Source of the DNA: Moniliella sp. 'wahieum' | Lineage: Eukaryota | Assembly: GCA_003971905.1 (NCBI GenBank) | Contig: RSEE01000126.1 | Location: 1 to 64,000, forward strand | Direction of reading: 5' to 3' | DNA length: 64,000 nucleotides | Notes under the pieces: model-generated | Seen by the model: only the letters and a program-made list of their open reading frames with translations | The model's database searches: none | Told to the model about the DNA's origin: nothing | Shown: positions 12,399-25,528 of the stretch, piece by piece | How the letters are laid out: each line of letters starts with the position of its first letter | Numbering within the stretch: position 1 is the first letter of the stretch | Translations under genes and position numbers: made by a program

Positions 12399-13450
12399 GT
12401 GGTTCGAGGCAGGGTAGCTCAGAGGTTTTGCCCCCCCATACTTGCTATTCGGGCTAGCATACTTTCCTGCCCAAACAAAAGAGGGCTATTGTCACGAGTG
12501 GAGATGGGCCAGCGAGCCTGGATGCGCCGACGCGCGCCCTTCTTCTTCATCAAGCCGACAAGTTCTGCTTCCAGGCTCGCGGTTGGGCTTTAGCACTGTT
12601 TACGCCAGGAGTAGGTCCCCTGTGTATTCAAGTGACTAATCAGTAGAGGCAATGATCATGTCACCTCCTCCCCAATGGAGTAGAGGTAATGAACCTTCCC
12701 AGGAAGGCGTGAGGACACGTCTTGTGAAAAGGTGAGTGTGATGATAGAGGCGAACCCAGATTCAATCCGATCTACTTCTGATGTTCTGTCCACAGTCTGA
12801 AAAAAGGTCTTGCTCCCAACCCTTGTGGCAATCAATATGTTACTATCGTAAAGCTGCCGTGCCATGTCCGCTAACCGGAGAGTGAGCACCATCCCTACTA
12901 TGTAAGTATAGCCACAACTAAGTCTCGTGAAGAGCTGACGGATGTAGATCGTGTCCTTTCCCCATGTATTGATACCCGGGCTCCCTTCTATCCATGGGAG
13001 AATGTGTATTTCGCCCTTCATCATGTGTCTGCTGAAGGTTCATGGAACTGACGCCCACTTCCACCACACCTTCCGATATACGGCCTCAACTGGTCCCGAT
13101 CCGGATGAGGTTGAAAGTCTTTGGCCCGGTGAGCCCCAAGCTCTCTGTTCCTGGTTTTCACTCGGGAGAACGACTTCAACTTCATCGGTCACCTGGGTCT
13201 CGTAGGACCTACCGCTTGGAAGTGCTGCCTCCTCTGTGTGGTCTGTACGCACCCTGCTGATCGAGCGAATTTTAGGGGACCTCTCTTAGCAGGTTCACCG
13301 CACACCGCCGCTTTCACCAGAAACATATATGGGGACCCAGTAGCTTTTTCGCTTTTGGCTCTGGAACGAACGAAATCGGCCAAACCCGGTTCCAGAGACT
13401 ATCAGGAGATGGAGATGGGGGAAAGGATGAGGATCATATTCATTGAGTGA
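12399..13450 (+). other. Probable intron-containing orphan gene or pseudogene; frame could not be reconstructed
   Basis: Canonical-looking introns GTGAGT..CTGAT..CACAG (12732-12795) and GTAAGT..GCTGAC..GTAG (12902-12947). Confidence 0.25.
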
Positions 13451-14315
13451 CATGGGGGCGAGGTATATATATTCCTCGGAGAAGAGGAGGACAAGTGAAC
13501 TGAGTCACACAGAGAAAAGAAAGGGGAGCATAGACCAAAAGGGGAAACAGGGTCTAGAACAAAACAGGGTCCAGTCAATCTGGTAACCATGGGTGACCAG
13601 ATGGGTCTGATCCCGACAGAGACCACCATTACTACCAAATAGTAAAGTCTGCTGTGAGTATGGTCAGTGGAAAGGTTCAACAGAGGGAATCTTCGTATAG
13701 CTTGCGCAGCTATGAAGTACTACTGTAGCATCAGCTGGTGGTGCACAGTCTCCAGGCTCACTTTTCTACTGGTGCACGTTCTCTAGCCGCACACACGTTC
13801 TCCAGGCCCAAGACCGAATCCATGCTTCACACCTCGATCTCCATTTCGTCATCGTAGAACCGACGAAGGCACTACCGACACGCAGATAACGACTCCTTTC
13901 TCGTTGCCATCATTCCAGGTACAAGCGGGGGGCTGATGCGGTGTGTGGGTGTGGGTGTGGGTGTGGGTGTATGTCAGGTGGTCGCGAGATGCTCATCTTT
14001 CTCCTGTTGCCTTCTTCGCCATCTCCCCCCACGCTTCCGGGGCTTTCAGTGGCTCCTATGTGCTTCCCATGTACGTCCCGTGTGATGCTTCCCAGAAGGT
14101 GCTTACCAGATGTTTCCGTGCTGTCTCCATCGAAACGGAGTATAAATGTTGAACCATACCAATTGTCTAATCGTAATCCTGGTCCCCGGGGACACTGCCT
14201 CAATCACGCGGGGCAGACGAGGGAGGTGAGTGTGGTAATAAAAGGAGAACCCCCACCACCCCTTTTCAACTGCCTTGATGGGAGGGCTAAAGCGGCTAGC
14301 AAACGATCCAAGTGG

Positions 14316-15010
14316 CTAGTGAGAGCCTAGGGCTTGCACCACAGTCTCGTCCAGCCCCACAATGCGGTCGCCCAACAATGCCAGCATGCGGCTATTGTCG
14401 ACCGAGTTGAGGTCTCTGGCGTCCAAGTCGGGCAGGGTTTCCCAGTTGGTCACTGCAAGCGGGGCGTGAGGCGAGGCCTTAAGCACTGCCTGGTCTAGGT
14501 CGGGTAACGTAAAGACCGAACGGTACGCCAAGATGCGTTCGTTGTTCGCGTCGGGGTTGATGAGCGCTTCGACGTGCAGTTGCCACGTTGGTCGCATTGA
14601 CGAAAAATTGCGCACACCAAATACGCGGAGTGTACTCGCTTTGCCCTGGGCCAAGTCGTGCACGACCTACCATTGGTACTGCGTCGACGTCCCGGCACCT
14701 CGGACCCTAGAACTAACGTGGGGTTGACCGTATCCACGCCGATCTGGGCGTTGGCGCGCTGGAACGCCCAAACGGCTTTTTCCGCCTCTCGTACTTGCTC
14801 ACGGTGTAGATGCTGAACGGAGTGGACTGCGTCTTGGCCTGCTCCAACCTGGCACCGTTCCATGTAGCCGTGGTGAGGTGGTGCGCATAGCGTGACATGC
14901 ACATTGAGCCCCGCGTTGAGCGCTTGGTCCACCACGTGCGATCCGATAAACCCACTGACGCCCGTTACCTGCACCCACTGGCCCGATCGAAGTGCAGCAG
15001 GAGAGGACAT
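14316..15010 (-). pseudogene. SDR aldehyde reductase copy 2 with ~300-bp internal deletion
   Basis: MSSPAALRSGQWVQVTGVSGFIGSHVVDQALNAGLNV runs directly into HHLTTATWN, skipping about 100 codons present in copies 1 and 3. C-terminus LHVEALINP...VGLDETVVQALGSH is retained. Confidence 0.85.
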
Positions 15011-16254
15011 GTTGTGGTACGCGTGTGGGAGTATGTGTATAAGCGTGAGTGTGAGTATGAGGGCAAAAGCGGATGCGGGGGGAGAGGCGGGAGTGCAGGA
15101 TGGAGAGAGGAGCGGGCAAACAAGACGAACCGACTCGTTTTTGTTTCTTCGTGTGATCTCTTGTAAATGGCAAATTGCTATGGGAGAACAACTGGGGTGT
15201 AGTCGTTTGTTCTTGAGGGGGGGGGAGGGGCGCGGGCGCGCCACAGTGACAAACCCATTCATAGCGCCGGGAAACACGTCATTGGTCCGCTCCCGGTATA
15301 GCCGTTGCTGTATTGTGTCCGTTTGCCTGCCTGTGTGTCGTTTCGGTCGGTGTGTCGGGCCTTATTGCCATATCGGGGTCGGAATGGCACTTTGCCGAAC
15401 AGAATGATTCATCTTGTATCCTCTTCTTTGTCACCAGCAGACTCGTTACTCTCATGCACCATAAGCGGTCTTTCATGATCTTGTCGGAAACAGCTCAGCT
15501 ACTGTCTTATTACTAGCCCCGACGCCATTCCCTCCGCTGTGCAACTGCAGAGTAGGACGAGCCTTCTCACATTCGTGAGACTCGCTAGTCTCACACAGTC
15601 GACCACAGCCATAACGCAGGCCTTGTGATCCTACCGCTGGCATTCCCTCAATCTAATAGTTGGTATATCCCGGAATTTGACACCAAACTCAACCGTCGTC
15701 GTCAGGGAGCGCTCGGAGAAAATCCCTCGGGCTCATTGAGCCCCTAGAGTCCCGCCACCCTCCTTGATGAAATGAGGGGAAGTGAGGCAGGGCAAGATAG
15801 AGGAGAGCGCGTGAGGAGATCCAAGGAACACTCAATTTCCTTCTATCTATGGTTGTTGGGAGTATATATCGGTTTCATGGAGGGCAACCGCTTCCATGAC
15901 TGCCCATGGTCTCTCGTCGTTAGACCGAGAGCATGTGTGGCGTTCGCTCTAACGAGCACGGGGATGTTCTGATTTCGATTACTCCAAACAACGTCAGCTG
16001 TGCTGTCAGCTGGCTTCATGGGGGGGCAGGCTGATGCCCGTGGTGGCTTTCTGGAAAAGCTTGAATGTCCGTCCCTAGGTTGGTATGGCTGCCACGGAGG
16101 ACCTGGCGGATGAGCGGAAGGGGGGGAGACGACACAGGCTGTCGTTGCCTGTGTTCATCAAGACTCTTTGACCGCATGCGCTCACACCTGTGTACCGAGG
16201 TGTGGTGGCCGATCCAGAGGAGGGGAGAGCTTGCGGAGATTAGTTGCCAGGGAC

Positions 16255-16447
16255 GGGATGGGATGAGATGAGATGAGATGAGATGAGATGGGATGGGATG
16301 GGATGGGATGGGATGGGATGGGATGGGATGGGATGGGATGGGATGGGATGGGATGGGATGGATGGGATGGGATGGGATGGGATGGGATGGGATGGGATGG
16401 GATGGGATGGGATGGGATGGGATGGGATGGGATGGGATGGGAGGATG
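16255..16447. repeat. (GGATG)n / (AGATG)n pentanucleotide microsatellite
   Basis: Read directly; about 190 bp. Confidence 0.97.
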
Positions 16448-16581
16448 GAAGGGCTGCGACAAGGCCGGAATAACAACTTGATCAACCCTTACCTTACCTG
16501 AGAGAAAACCCCGTGCAAATGGCACGTGATGGGCGCGGCGGGGTTAGGGTTAAGCGTGCACCAGGCGTCCACCTCTCGTCA

Positions 16582-18261
16582 ATGATCTCGTTTCTTTTCG
16601 CCTTTGCGTCTGCGTTTGCTCCTGCTCGGGCGCAATGCTTGTCGAGCCGACGCCGACGGGCGCCGAGGCGCAGCCGCCGTCGTTCATCGCCGTGCTCCAC
16701 GACAGCAAGCTTGCGCGCTGCTCGCGCGCCGAACCCCCAGCGGCTTTGCTTCTGCGCCGCTTCCACCACCCCACCCCTCCCACACGCACAGGTAGAGCAA
16801 GAGCAAGAGCAAGAGCAAGAGCAAGAGCAAGAGGAAGCGCCCAAGCCTGCGCTCAGTCGCGGACGCTTCAGTCTCCGCTTTGTGCTCTTGTTCTCCATGG
16901 GAACCTACGTGCTGGGCTTCCTACTGGTCATGGGTCTTCTCTATGCTGTACGTGTCCTGTCCCTTTGGGTCTGTAGCACCGCCGTTTTCTTTGCGGACGC
17001 TAACGACTGTCTGCTTCGTCTCTCGGTTGTTCTCGGTTGTTTCTCGATTGTTTCTCCATCGTGTCTCGACTGCAGACCGGCCGCTTTCCTTACTTTTTGT
17101 TGGCGGGCCCTGACGAGATGGGCTGGCACCCTGGCCGGCACTTGGGCCGCCACCGGCACTTCAAGCACCGCTTTGGCCTGCCTCCTCCGCCTCCGCTAGA
17201 GGGGTACCCTCCCTGCCCTCGCTCCTCCGCCTGGGCCTCAGCCTGCGCTTCCGCTGCCTCTGGACTCCAACGTGGAGCATCGTCTGTCCCAAGTGCGCGT
17301 TCAGACCGGAACGACCGACCGGCCGTTGAGCTGGGTCCCAGTGCAGGACGACCTTCCTTTCACCTTCCCTTCCTTGGCCGCCGAAGCGTGTGCCCACCTC
17401 GCCGGACTGGGCGCGGTCACGGTCACTAAGCATGTGGCCGCGCACACTTTCTTCTCCCTTGAGCCATCGTTGTATGGGGCCAAGTCGGTCCGCTTCGTAC
17501 GTGCGCCGCCCACTGCTGCCAGCGGTCAGGAGGGGCTGGTCAGTGGGGTGAACTTGCCGGTAGCGCAGCAAGGACCAGAACCAGAACGGAGCCAAGGGAA
17601 TTCGACTGCGACTGCGACTGCGACTGCGACTGCGACTGCGACTGCGACTGCGACTGCGATTGCGACTGCGACTGCAGGTGTGACTGCGGGTGTGACTGAG
17701 CGGCGTGCCTCTGCCGAAACGGAGAAAGTGTGGTACAGCATTTCAGTCCAGGTGGAGCGGAGCACTTCCGTCCGCCCCACATCGTCCACATCCACATCTC
17801 TGCTCGACGTGTACGTCTGTCCGGTCACGCTACCCTTTTTGGGTGCCGGCGTGGCTGGGTTGGTGCGAGGGCAGGATGGTCTGCGTCTTGTGCGTCCGGA
17901 TGAGGAGGGCGAAGCGAGCGTGATGGCCGATTTGGACATTAGCATTGTTCTGCCGTCCGACCTGCCCGTTTCGACCATGGGATTGCGTGTGACTGCACCC
18001 CCCGTCCGAGCCGATACCGATACGTATGCTTCCCCGTCCTTGCCTTCCGCGTCGTCGTCGCCGCCCCCACCGCCACCGCCACCTCCACCCGTCCTGGTCC
18101 GGTTGATGAGCGTGGTGACCAACTGGGTCAAGACGACCGGGACCTGGTTCCGGGGTTCGCGCGCTGCCGATTCTCGCACCGCTTCTACCTCCTTCCCCAC
18201 TGCGACTTCGACGCCGATTGTGGTCGCGGTGGCTTCTTCCACTGTGCCGGCTGAGCCATGA
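16582..18261 (+). CDS. Hypothetical protein with microsatellite-encoded EQ and TA runs (structure approximate)
   Basis: Long GC-rich ORF 17272-18261, upstream hydrophobic ORF segments, candidate intron GTACGT..GCTAAC..TGCAG at about 16948-17075; no recognised domain. Confidence 0.4.
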
Positions 18262-19079
18262 GGCCGATGAGGCTCAGACAGGCGCTCGTTGGCCCAACCC
18301 ACGGCCCAAACAAACCGAACGCCCACAACCCTCCCTCCCGGGCCATTGGACAATTGAAATGAGTGGTTAAGGTGACTTTTTTCTCCTTCGTCTTGGTTTT
18401 GTTTTTGTTTTTTTCCCGCTTTCCATCTCGGTTCCGGATCCCGTCGTCCGTCTCTCTCTTTCCCCTCATGTCACGGTGACAGGCCTGGGCCTGACATGTG
18501 ATGTTTCCCCCCGCCCCCTGGTCTGGCTTGGGGCTTTGCCGTTTGCTTGCCTGGACCCAACTCTTGAAGCTTGAAACGCTGAACTGAACACTCACTGAAC
18601 ACTGAATATTATTGAATGTACACCCGCCATTTCCCCAATTCATCCATCATCGACATCCATCCCATGGCAGACGGGCGCCTGACAAGGCACACAGGCCCAA
18701 CACAACGCAGTACAGCACTGCGACAGGGCCGGTGCGCAAGCGAGACGGAGACGCGAAAGGCAGATGCAAGAGGGGCATGGGATGGAATATGGAATGATGG
18801 ATGGATGGGAGCACTAGTCACTTAACTAGTCGGAAAGTCGATTGTCCGCCGGACTTACAAGCAAGCCATGGGCCAAGTCCGACGCACACTGCCGCCCTGC
18901 GGGGAGCACCAAGTTTGACTAGTGGCTTCCAGCCCGCCAGCGCACGCCAGCCAGCGCACAGGCCACCTCACCTCACCCAGCGCAACCCAACCCAACCCCC
19001 CCAAGCGGGACTGCCTCGAGAGCGCTGGTTTGCTCCCATCCACCGCACCGCCTCCGCCTCCCTGTTCTGCGTTCTCTGC

Positions 19080-21094
19080 ATGGCTGCTGCGTCCGAGCCG
19101 TTTGCGTTGGCGTCAGCGGTGAATGGCCGCGTGCCTCCGCACCTGGGCTACGTGGATGCGTCGACGGGCTACCCGGACAAGCAGCGGATCGACTATGGCC
19201 TGTACCTCATCACGGCGCGATCGACGTTACCTGCTTGCTGGCGTGCTGGCGGGCGTACGGAGCTGGAGGCGTACGAGGCGCACCTCGATGCCATTCTCGC
19301 CACGGGCGCGGTGACGATCCTGCAATTGCGGGAAAAGGCGTCTGGGCAGGGCGCAAAGTCGGCCGAGGGCGGGGAACTGTACGTGCTGGCGCAGCGCACG
19401 CTCGCCGTGTGCGACAAGTACGGCGTGCCGTTGGTGGTGGACGACAATGTCGGGTTGGTAGCGGCGCTTCCGCGGCGGGTGGGTCTGCACCTTGGTCAGT
19501 CCGACTTGCCGCTCGCGGCGGCGCGGGCGGTGCTGGGTCCCGACCGACTGATTGGCGTGTCGTGCAAGCGGCGGGAACATGTGGAGCGCGCGCGGGCGCC
19601 CGTGCTGGTGGATACGCCCTGGCCCGGCATGCCGCAGACGAGCGAAGGGCTGTACATGTTGCCTGGCGCGGACTATGTGGGGATCGGCACGCTGTACCCG
19701 ACGCAGAGCAAAGTGGGCATCCCCGATGCGGACATTATCGGCCCGAGGGGCGCCAAGCAAGTGGTCGAAGCGTGTTTTGCCCCGCCACACTGGTCCCGCG
19801 ATGTGCCACCGACGTATGCGAACCCAAAGCCCATGCCGAGCGTGTTGATTGGTGGCATCAACCGCTCCACTGTGGCGCGCGCGCTGTACGGAGCCACGTC
19901 GTCCGTGCTGGACGGCCAGGGCAAGCCCCGGGTCTCGCACCCGTCGGGGGGGCGGTGATTTCGGACATTTATGCTGCTGCCGACCCGCCCGCTGCGGCGC
20001 GGGAGCTGAAGCGCGTCTGGACGCAGTACACGGCCGGGCTCGGCGCGCAACGGCAGCGGGGGGACTTGCCTCTGGCCGCGGTAGGGCGTTACCTGGCGCC
20101 TGGGACGTCCGCCGCCACCGCGACCGCCACTGAATCCCAAACCACTGTGCTGAACATCCTACGTGGTCTGCACCGACTGCACACGGCCTCCACTGCCGTA
20201 CCTCCGCTGGTGCAGACGCTCACGTCGCACGTATCGGCGAACCTGAGTGCGAACGTGGCGTTGGGACTGCACGCGTCGCCGATCATGAGCCAAGAAGCGA
20301 GGGAAGCTTCGGACCTAGCCCAGGCCACGTCAGCGCTCGTGCTCAACATTGGCACGATTACGCCCGAGGCGCAACGCGGCATGCGCGCGGTCGGCCAGGC
20401 GGCCAACTTGCGCGGTACGCCTGTGGTGCTGGATCCGGTGGGCGTGGGTGCGTCTTCGTTCCGTCGGGCGGCGGTGGAGGAAATTTTGAACCACACCCAA
20501 GTCACGCTGATCAAGGGCAACGCGGCGGAGATTGGCACGTTGGCCGGTGCGGCGGGGGTACGGTCGCGCGGGGTGGACGTGGGTGCAGGTCAGTTGGCCG
20601 ACCCAGCGCAGGTGGCCAAGAGCCTGGCCCAAAAAGAACGCTGCCTCGTGCTCTTGACGGGCGCAACGGACTACCTGACCGACGGCGAGACGGTCGTGGC
20701 GATCCGCAATGGCCACCCCTGGTTGGGGAGCGTGACCGCGACGGGCTGTTCGCTCGGGGTGGCGGTGGCGGTGGGCTTGGCGCGCGGGTCGGACCCCGCT
20801 GTGACATCGGTACTGGACCCCACGGCCGACGCAGCCGACGCAGCCGACGCACGTCCCCTGTTGCCCGCTTTGCCCAGTTGGTTCTCGACGCCCTCGTCGC
20901 TCGTGCTGGCTGGGCGGGCGGACGCACTGTTTTGGGGTGCGCTGTACGGGATTGTGTACTTTGAAGTGGCCGCGGAGCGTGCTGCGGCGCAAGCCAACGG
21001 ACCTGGCTCGTTCTTGGCCGCGTGGCTGGACGTGCTGCCGACGCTGACGGAGGAAGTGTTGCTGTCGGAGGCCAAGGTTGAGGTGGTGCTGTGA
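19080..21094 (+). CDS. THI6: Bifunctional thiamine-phosphate synthase / hydroxyethylthiazole kinase
   Basis: ThiE-like half: IDYGLYLIT, ILQLREK, VPLVVDD, GLHLGQSD, ADYVGIGTLYPTQSK, IGGIN. ThiM-like half: SANVALGLHASPIMS, ALVLNIGT, PVVLDPVGVGAS, IKGNAAEI, VTATGCSLG, GPGSF. One frameshift in the G run near 19950. Confidence 0.93.
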
Positions 21095-21343
21095 AAACGC
21101 AGCTGACGTTTGAATCAACTCGACTCCTTTCAAATGGAATGGAATCCAATGCAATGCAATGCAATCGATACTTGCTGCCCACATCGAATGATGGCGGTGG
21201 GGGGGGATGGGAACGAACGCGAGTGATGGTGTGGGTTTGGGTTGAGATAGACGTGTAAGCAGACTACGTGCCGATCGATGATATGGCCACGCAACTCAAA
21301 GTTGGTAGGAGGAACGAAAGCCCATCGACATGCCCGTGCCCAG

Positions 21344-21498
21344 GCTCATGCTCATGCTCATGCTCATGCTCATGCTCATGCTCATGCTCATGCTCATGCT
21401 CAATGCTCATGCTCATGCTCATGCTCATGCTCATGCTCATGCTCATGCTCATGCTCATGCTCATGCTCATGCTCATGCTCATGCTCATGCTCATGCTC
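21344..21498. repeat. (CATGCT)n hexanucleotide microsatellite
   Basis: Read directly; about 25 copies with one interruption. Confidence 0.97.
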
Positions 21499-21651
21499 CT
21501 GTTCACAGCCGACAGCTCCCCCCGTCGGTAGGAGCGTGAAGCAAGGCGAGGCAAGGCGAGTGGCTCAAGCCAGTCAAACTTCAAGCCATCTTCCAGGCAC
21601 AGGCATCCAAGGCGCCCACAGCAACCGGGGGAGGGGCAGGCGCAAAAAAAG

Positions 21652-21738
21652 CGCCTCACGCGGGACTCGAACCAGCAGCCGTGGGATGAACCTCTGTAAT
21701 GTAAAAGTCCCAAATTCTACCGATTGAAATAGCGAGGC
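21652..21738 (-). tRNA. tRNA-Lys(UUU) with 14-nt intron
   Basis: Minus strand: gcctcgc..tggga-ct-TTT-a[cattacagaggttc]a-tccca..ggttcgagtcc..gtgaggcg, followed by a T7 pol III terminator. Confidence 0.85.
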
Positions 21739-22356
21739 TTGTTGACTGGCGTGGGGATCTTTATCCACACGAGTGTATGTGCGCACCAGCATACCCTGTC
21801 CGATACTTCGAATAGCCCGAGTGCGTCTGTCCATTCTGCCTTGTCTGCCTCCTCGGCGGTGTTTGTACTGCTGCCACGTCTGTCTGTTCACTATGAGCCT
21901 ACCTGGTCGGGGCCATTAATGGATCAGCACTATCAATCAGCACCTTGGTTAGCGTGCCATGTGGACGAAACGGAGTTCTGAGTTCTGAGTTCTGAGTGAT
22001 GATGAATGGATTTGGGCAGCACTGCCACCCGCGCCCCCCACCCGACTACGCAAGAAGATCGGCGTGTGTGCCGTGCTGTGCCGTGCCTACGCGCCGAATC
22101 CATCTTGGTTCGCACATACAAAGGGGGGGAAGTAAAGGATCAGGTGCATGGAGGGGGGGAGGAACGCGTATGTGCAGGGGGGGTTGGCTGAGGGCCCAGA
22201 AAGAGCCCGGCGGGGGGGGGAAGTCTACGCGCCAGACCGCACAGGACCCAAGTGCCGAAGCACCTCAGCACCCACGGCCGTGTGCAGCGAGGGGGCCCGA
22301 GCTCTGGACCGCTGGCCAGCAGAGAGGGGAGGGGAAAGGATGAGTGCGCATCTGGC

Positions 22357-23824
22357 TCACATCACCACGCACCCACTTTCCGGCTCGTCATCTTCCCACT
22401 CTGCCTCGGCCTCTTCGCGGACCTTGTTGCTGCCATACTGGTCCATCGTCGTAGGCACCGCGGTTTCCTGAGCGACGACCGTGTCGGGACGCTCGGGTTT
22501 GAGCTCGGGCAAAGGCGGTGCGAGGCGTTGGAGCGCGGCAGCGGTGGCGGGGTCGACGGTGGTGCCTTCAGGGGGGAAATGGATGTCCCAGTGAAGGAAG
22601 AGGTCGCCGTAGTACATGCCTACGGGTCCGGGCATGCCTTGGCCAGTAATCTTGTCGATCGCACCGGGGGTGGTGATGTGGCCGGGAGGCTTGGCGATAC
22701 GAATGAGGCGTCCATCGAGGTGCTGGAGCACGACGCGGTCAAAGCCCAAGATGGCCTCGCTCAAGCTGAGCTGGACATGGACCAACAAGTCCAGTCCGTT
22801 CATCGAGAAGGTAGGATGATCTTTCACGTCGAGGCGAAGGATCAAGTCGGCGGTTTTGGCGCCGGGCACCTCGTCGGCCATACCGGGAAAGACGATTTTT
22901 TCCGAAGGCCGCATGCCCTTTAGAATGTCCACGTCCAACGACGTTTTTTCCTTGACGACTTGTTTGCCCTTGCATTTTTTGCACTGGTCCTTTTCGCGGT
23001 ACTTTTTGCCGGCGCCCTCGCAGGCGGAACAGGTGGTGACGCGTTGTTGCAAGAACCCGCCCCCGGCGGCCGTCATCTCGACCGTCTGACCTTTGCCGCC
23101 ACACTGCACGCACGGTTGCGGCTTGGCGCCTGCTTTGGCGCCCGAGCCGTGGCAGTGCCCACAGATCACGTCGCGCGACAGTTTCAAATGCGCCGTTCGA
23201 CCCACGTAGAGGTCTTCCAACGTCACGGCATACGGCACCACCGAATCCTTCGAGCGAGGGGGCGGACGACGCGGACCGCCATGGGGCAGATCGTCAAAGT
23301 CGAACCCCATCCCCGCGCCCATACCGCCCATACCACCCATGCCGCCCATGCCACCCATGCCACCGAACATGGAGGCTAAGAGGAAAAGTCAGTAGGGAGA
23401 AGGAGAGGAGAGGAGAGGGAGCGGGGCGGGAGCGGGAGAGGGAGGGAGAGGGAGAGGGAGAGGAAGAAGAGGAAGAGAGGAAGAAGGAAGAAGAGGAAGA
23501 AGAGGAGAAGAGGAAGAAGAGGAAGAGGGAAGATGCGAGGAGCCCATCGACGTACCAAACAAATCATCCATATCTGGGCCAGCACCCGCGCCGCCCTTCA
23601 TGCCTTCTGCGCCGTAGCGATCGTATGCGGCGCGCGCATCTTCGTCCGACAAGACTTCGTACGCGGCAGAGATGTTGGAAGCGGACCGAGGCGGCTTCTT
23701 GGTCGTCGGGGTTCTTGTCGGGGTGGTGTTCGAGCGAAGCTTTGCGGAACGCTTTCTTGATTTCGGTCGGGGACGCATCGGGGGCGATGCCCAGCAGATC
23801 GTAGTACCCTGTCTCGGCGACCAT
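22357..23824 (-). CDS. Type I DnaJ/Hsp40 (Ydj1/Mas5/Xdj1-like) with C-terminal CaaX
   Basis: J domain [27 protein letters not shown]-rich linker; four CxxCxGxG; ends CVVM. Intron 23376-23555. Confidence 0.93.
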
Positions 23825-25528
23825 CGTGGGGGAGAAGAGGCGGAGGCAGGAACGGAAAAGGAAAAGACAGAGGCAGAGGCAGAGGCAGGAGAAAAAGAAT
23901 AGGAAAACGCACACCGCAGAGGCGGACAGGAGGCACAGCAGGACGCAGGGCCGAGCGAGGGGCGTGTGTGGCGTGGCGGAGGCGAGCCAAGAAGCGCGAC
24001 CGACGACACCAACCACTCACGCACTCCCTACCCAGTGGCTTCCCTCTGGTTTTTTTGCACACGCCTTCCCTCTCATTCCGACGCCTGCTGAGGTAAGCCA
24101 CACGCACCCCTCCTTTCAATCCTCCATCAGCGCATCAGCCCCCATCATTCCTCCCTCGTCTGGCCCCGCTGAGATAAGCACCGCATGCCCACCCCAACGA
24201 GCACCACCTCCTGGCCAGCTCCATCGCCATCCATCCTACCTCCTCCACGCCCACCCATCCAATCCCATTCCAATCCAATTCCAACCTCGCCACTCTCCGG
24301 CACCCACGTTTGCTTATCACTCGCCCGCTCGCACCCGCCACACAAATAGAAAAAGGCATGCTGCGACCGAGCACGCCGCCCTCTCCAACCCCTCGAGCCC
24401 TCTTCGTTCCGGCCTGCCTTGAACGTTCAACGTCGACGACCTGCCCTGCTCGGGCGCGTGCGCAGACGGACGGTGGGTAGAATAGTGCGTTGCCGCAGAC
24501 ACGAGCGAGGTCAGAAGGGGTGTCAGGGGTGGGCCCCGCCAGGGGCACGCCCAGCAGGGTTTGGGGGTACAATCCCTTAGGCGATGGTAGGTCGACTCAG
24601 TACTCACGATAGTTTCGGGCTTGGGCTGGTCGGTGAATCCGAGCGGAGCTAGGGACGAGGAGAGACCGTTGGGGGCGGCTGCACATGTGGCAAGGCTGCG
24701 TCTGCACCGGCTTGGGCCGTAGTATTGAACGTGTCTGAAGCCTCCGGGACTTAGGGACGGGAGGCGGCGGCGGTCAAACACTGCCTCAACTGAGACTGGA
24801 TGGATACTGGAAATCGACGTGGCCAAAGAAGGGCTCATGCGACGGGACTGACGGATTGCTGGGGGACGAGGTCGGAGGAGAAGTCGGACGCTAACAAGAG
24901 GAGGCTGCCTGTACTGGATCAATTGGCTGGAAAACGGGCAGGAGTCGGACAGGATAGGCGAGAGGGTAGATGGGGGATGACGAGAATGGAAAGTGGGGGA
25001 AAGGATCCCCATCAACAAGGGGTGCAGGCAAGATCAAAAGGGAAACGGATACAAGAGGGGGTGTAGAAAGGAATACTTGGTCTGAACGGTCAGGGATGGG
25101 TGGGTGGGGGTGAGTCAGCGGGCTGAGCGCGCTGAGCGGTGGTGACATGGTGACAGAAGTGAGGCTCACTTCCAAGATCTCTGGGGGGTCGGGCGGGCTC
25201 GGCCTTGCGCTACGCTTCCGCGGATGGTGTCTAGCTAGTGGGCCGGGCACGCCGGGCGTGCGGGGTGGTGCGGCCGGGGATAGCCCGGAGGTAAGCCTCG
25301 GGTCGCGTCGGTGTGCGCCACCCAACTGTCCAATGACCGAACCTCAGCGAGACCCAGTACCAACGCGCAATTCCAACATGCAGCACTACTATAACCCTTT
25401 GGTAGAGCCACTCGCGAAGAAATAAAAGACGAGCATGGTCCGTCTTGGCTGCACTGCTCCTATCTCCATCGACACTTTCCTCCTCTCCGCATCCCAACCT
25501 TACCCACCCACACAACCATACACACAAC

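Noticed and set aside
16016..16525. ORFs encoding SHPIP/MGWDG repeats (also MLML/HAHA/CSCS ORFs at 21264-21727)
   Set aside because: Translation artefacts of the (GGATG)n and (CATGCT)n microsatellites.
16541..16553. Telomeric repeat (gggttagggtta)
   Set aside because: Only two units at an internal position; at most a telobox-like promoter site.
18300..21300. TPP riboswitch associated with THI6
   Set aside because: No CUGAGA...UGAU..GGAUAAU-type aptamer core seen by eye, and no intron to host one; an Rfam RF00059 scan would be decisive.
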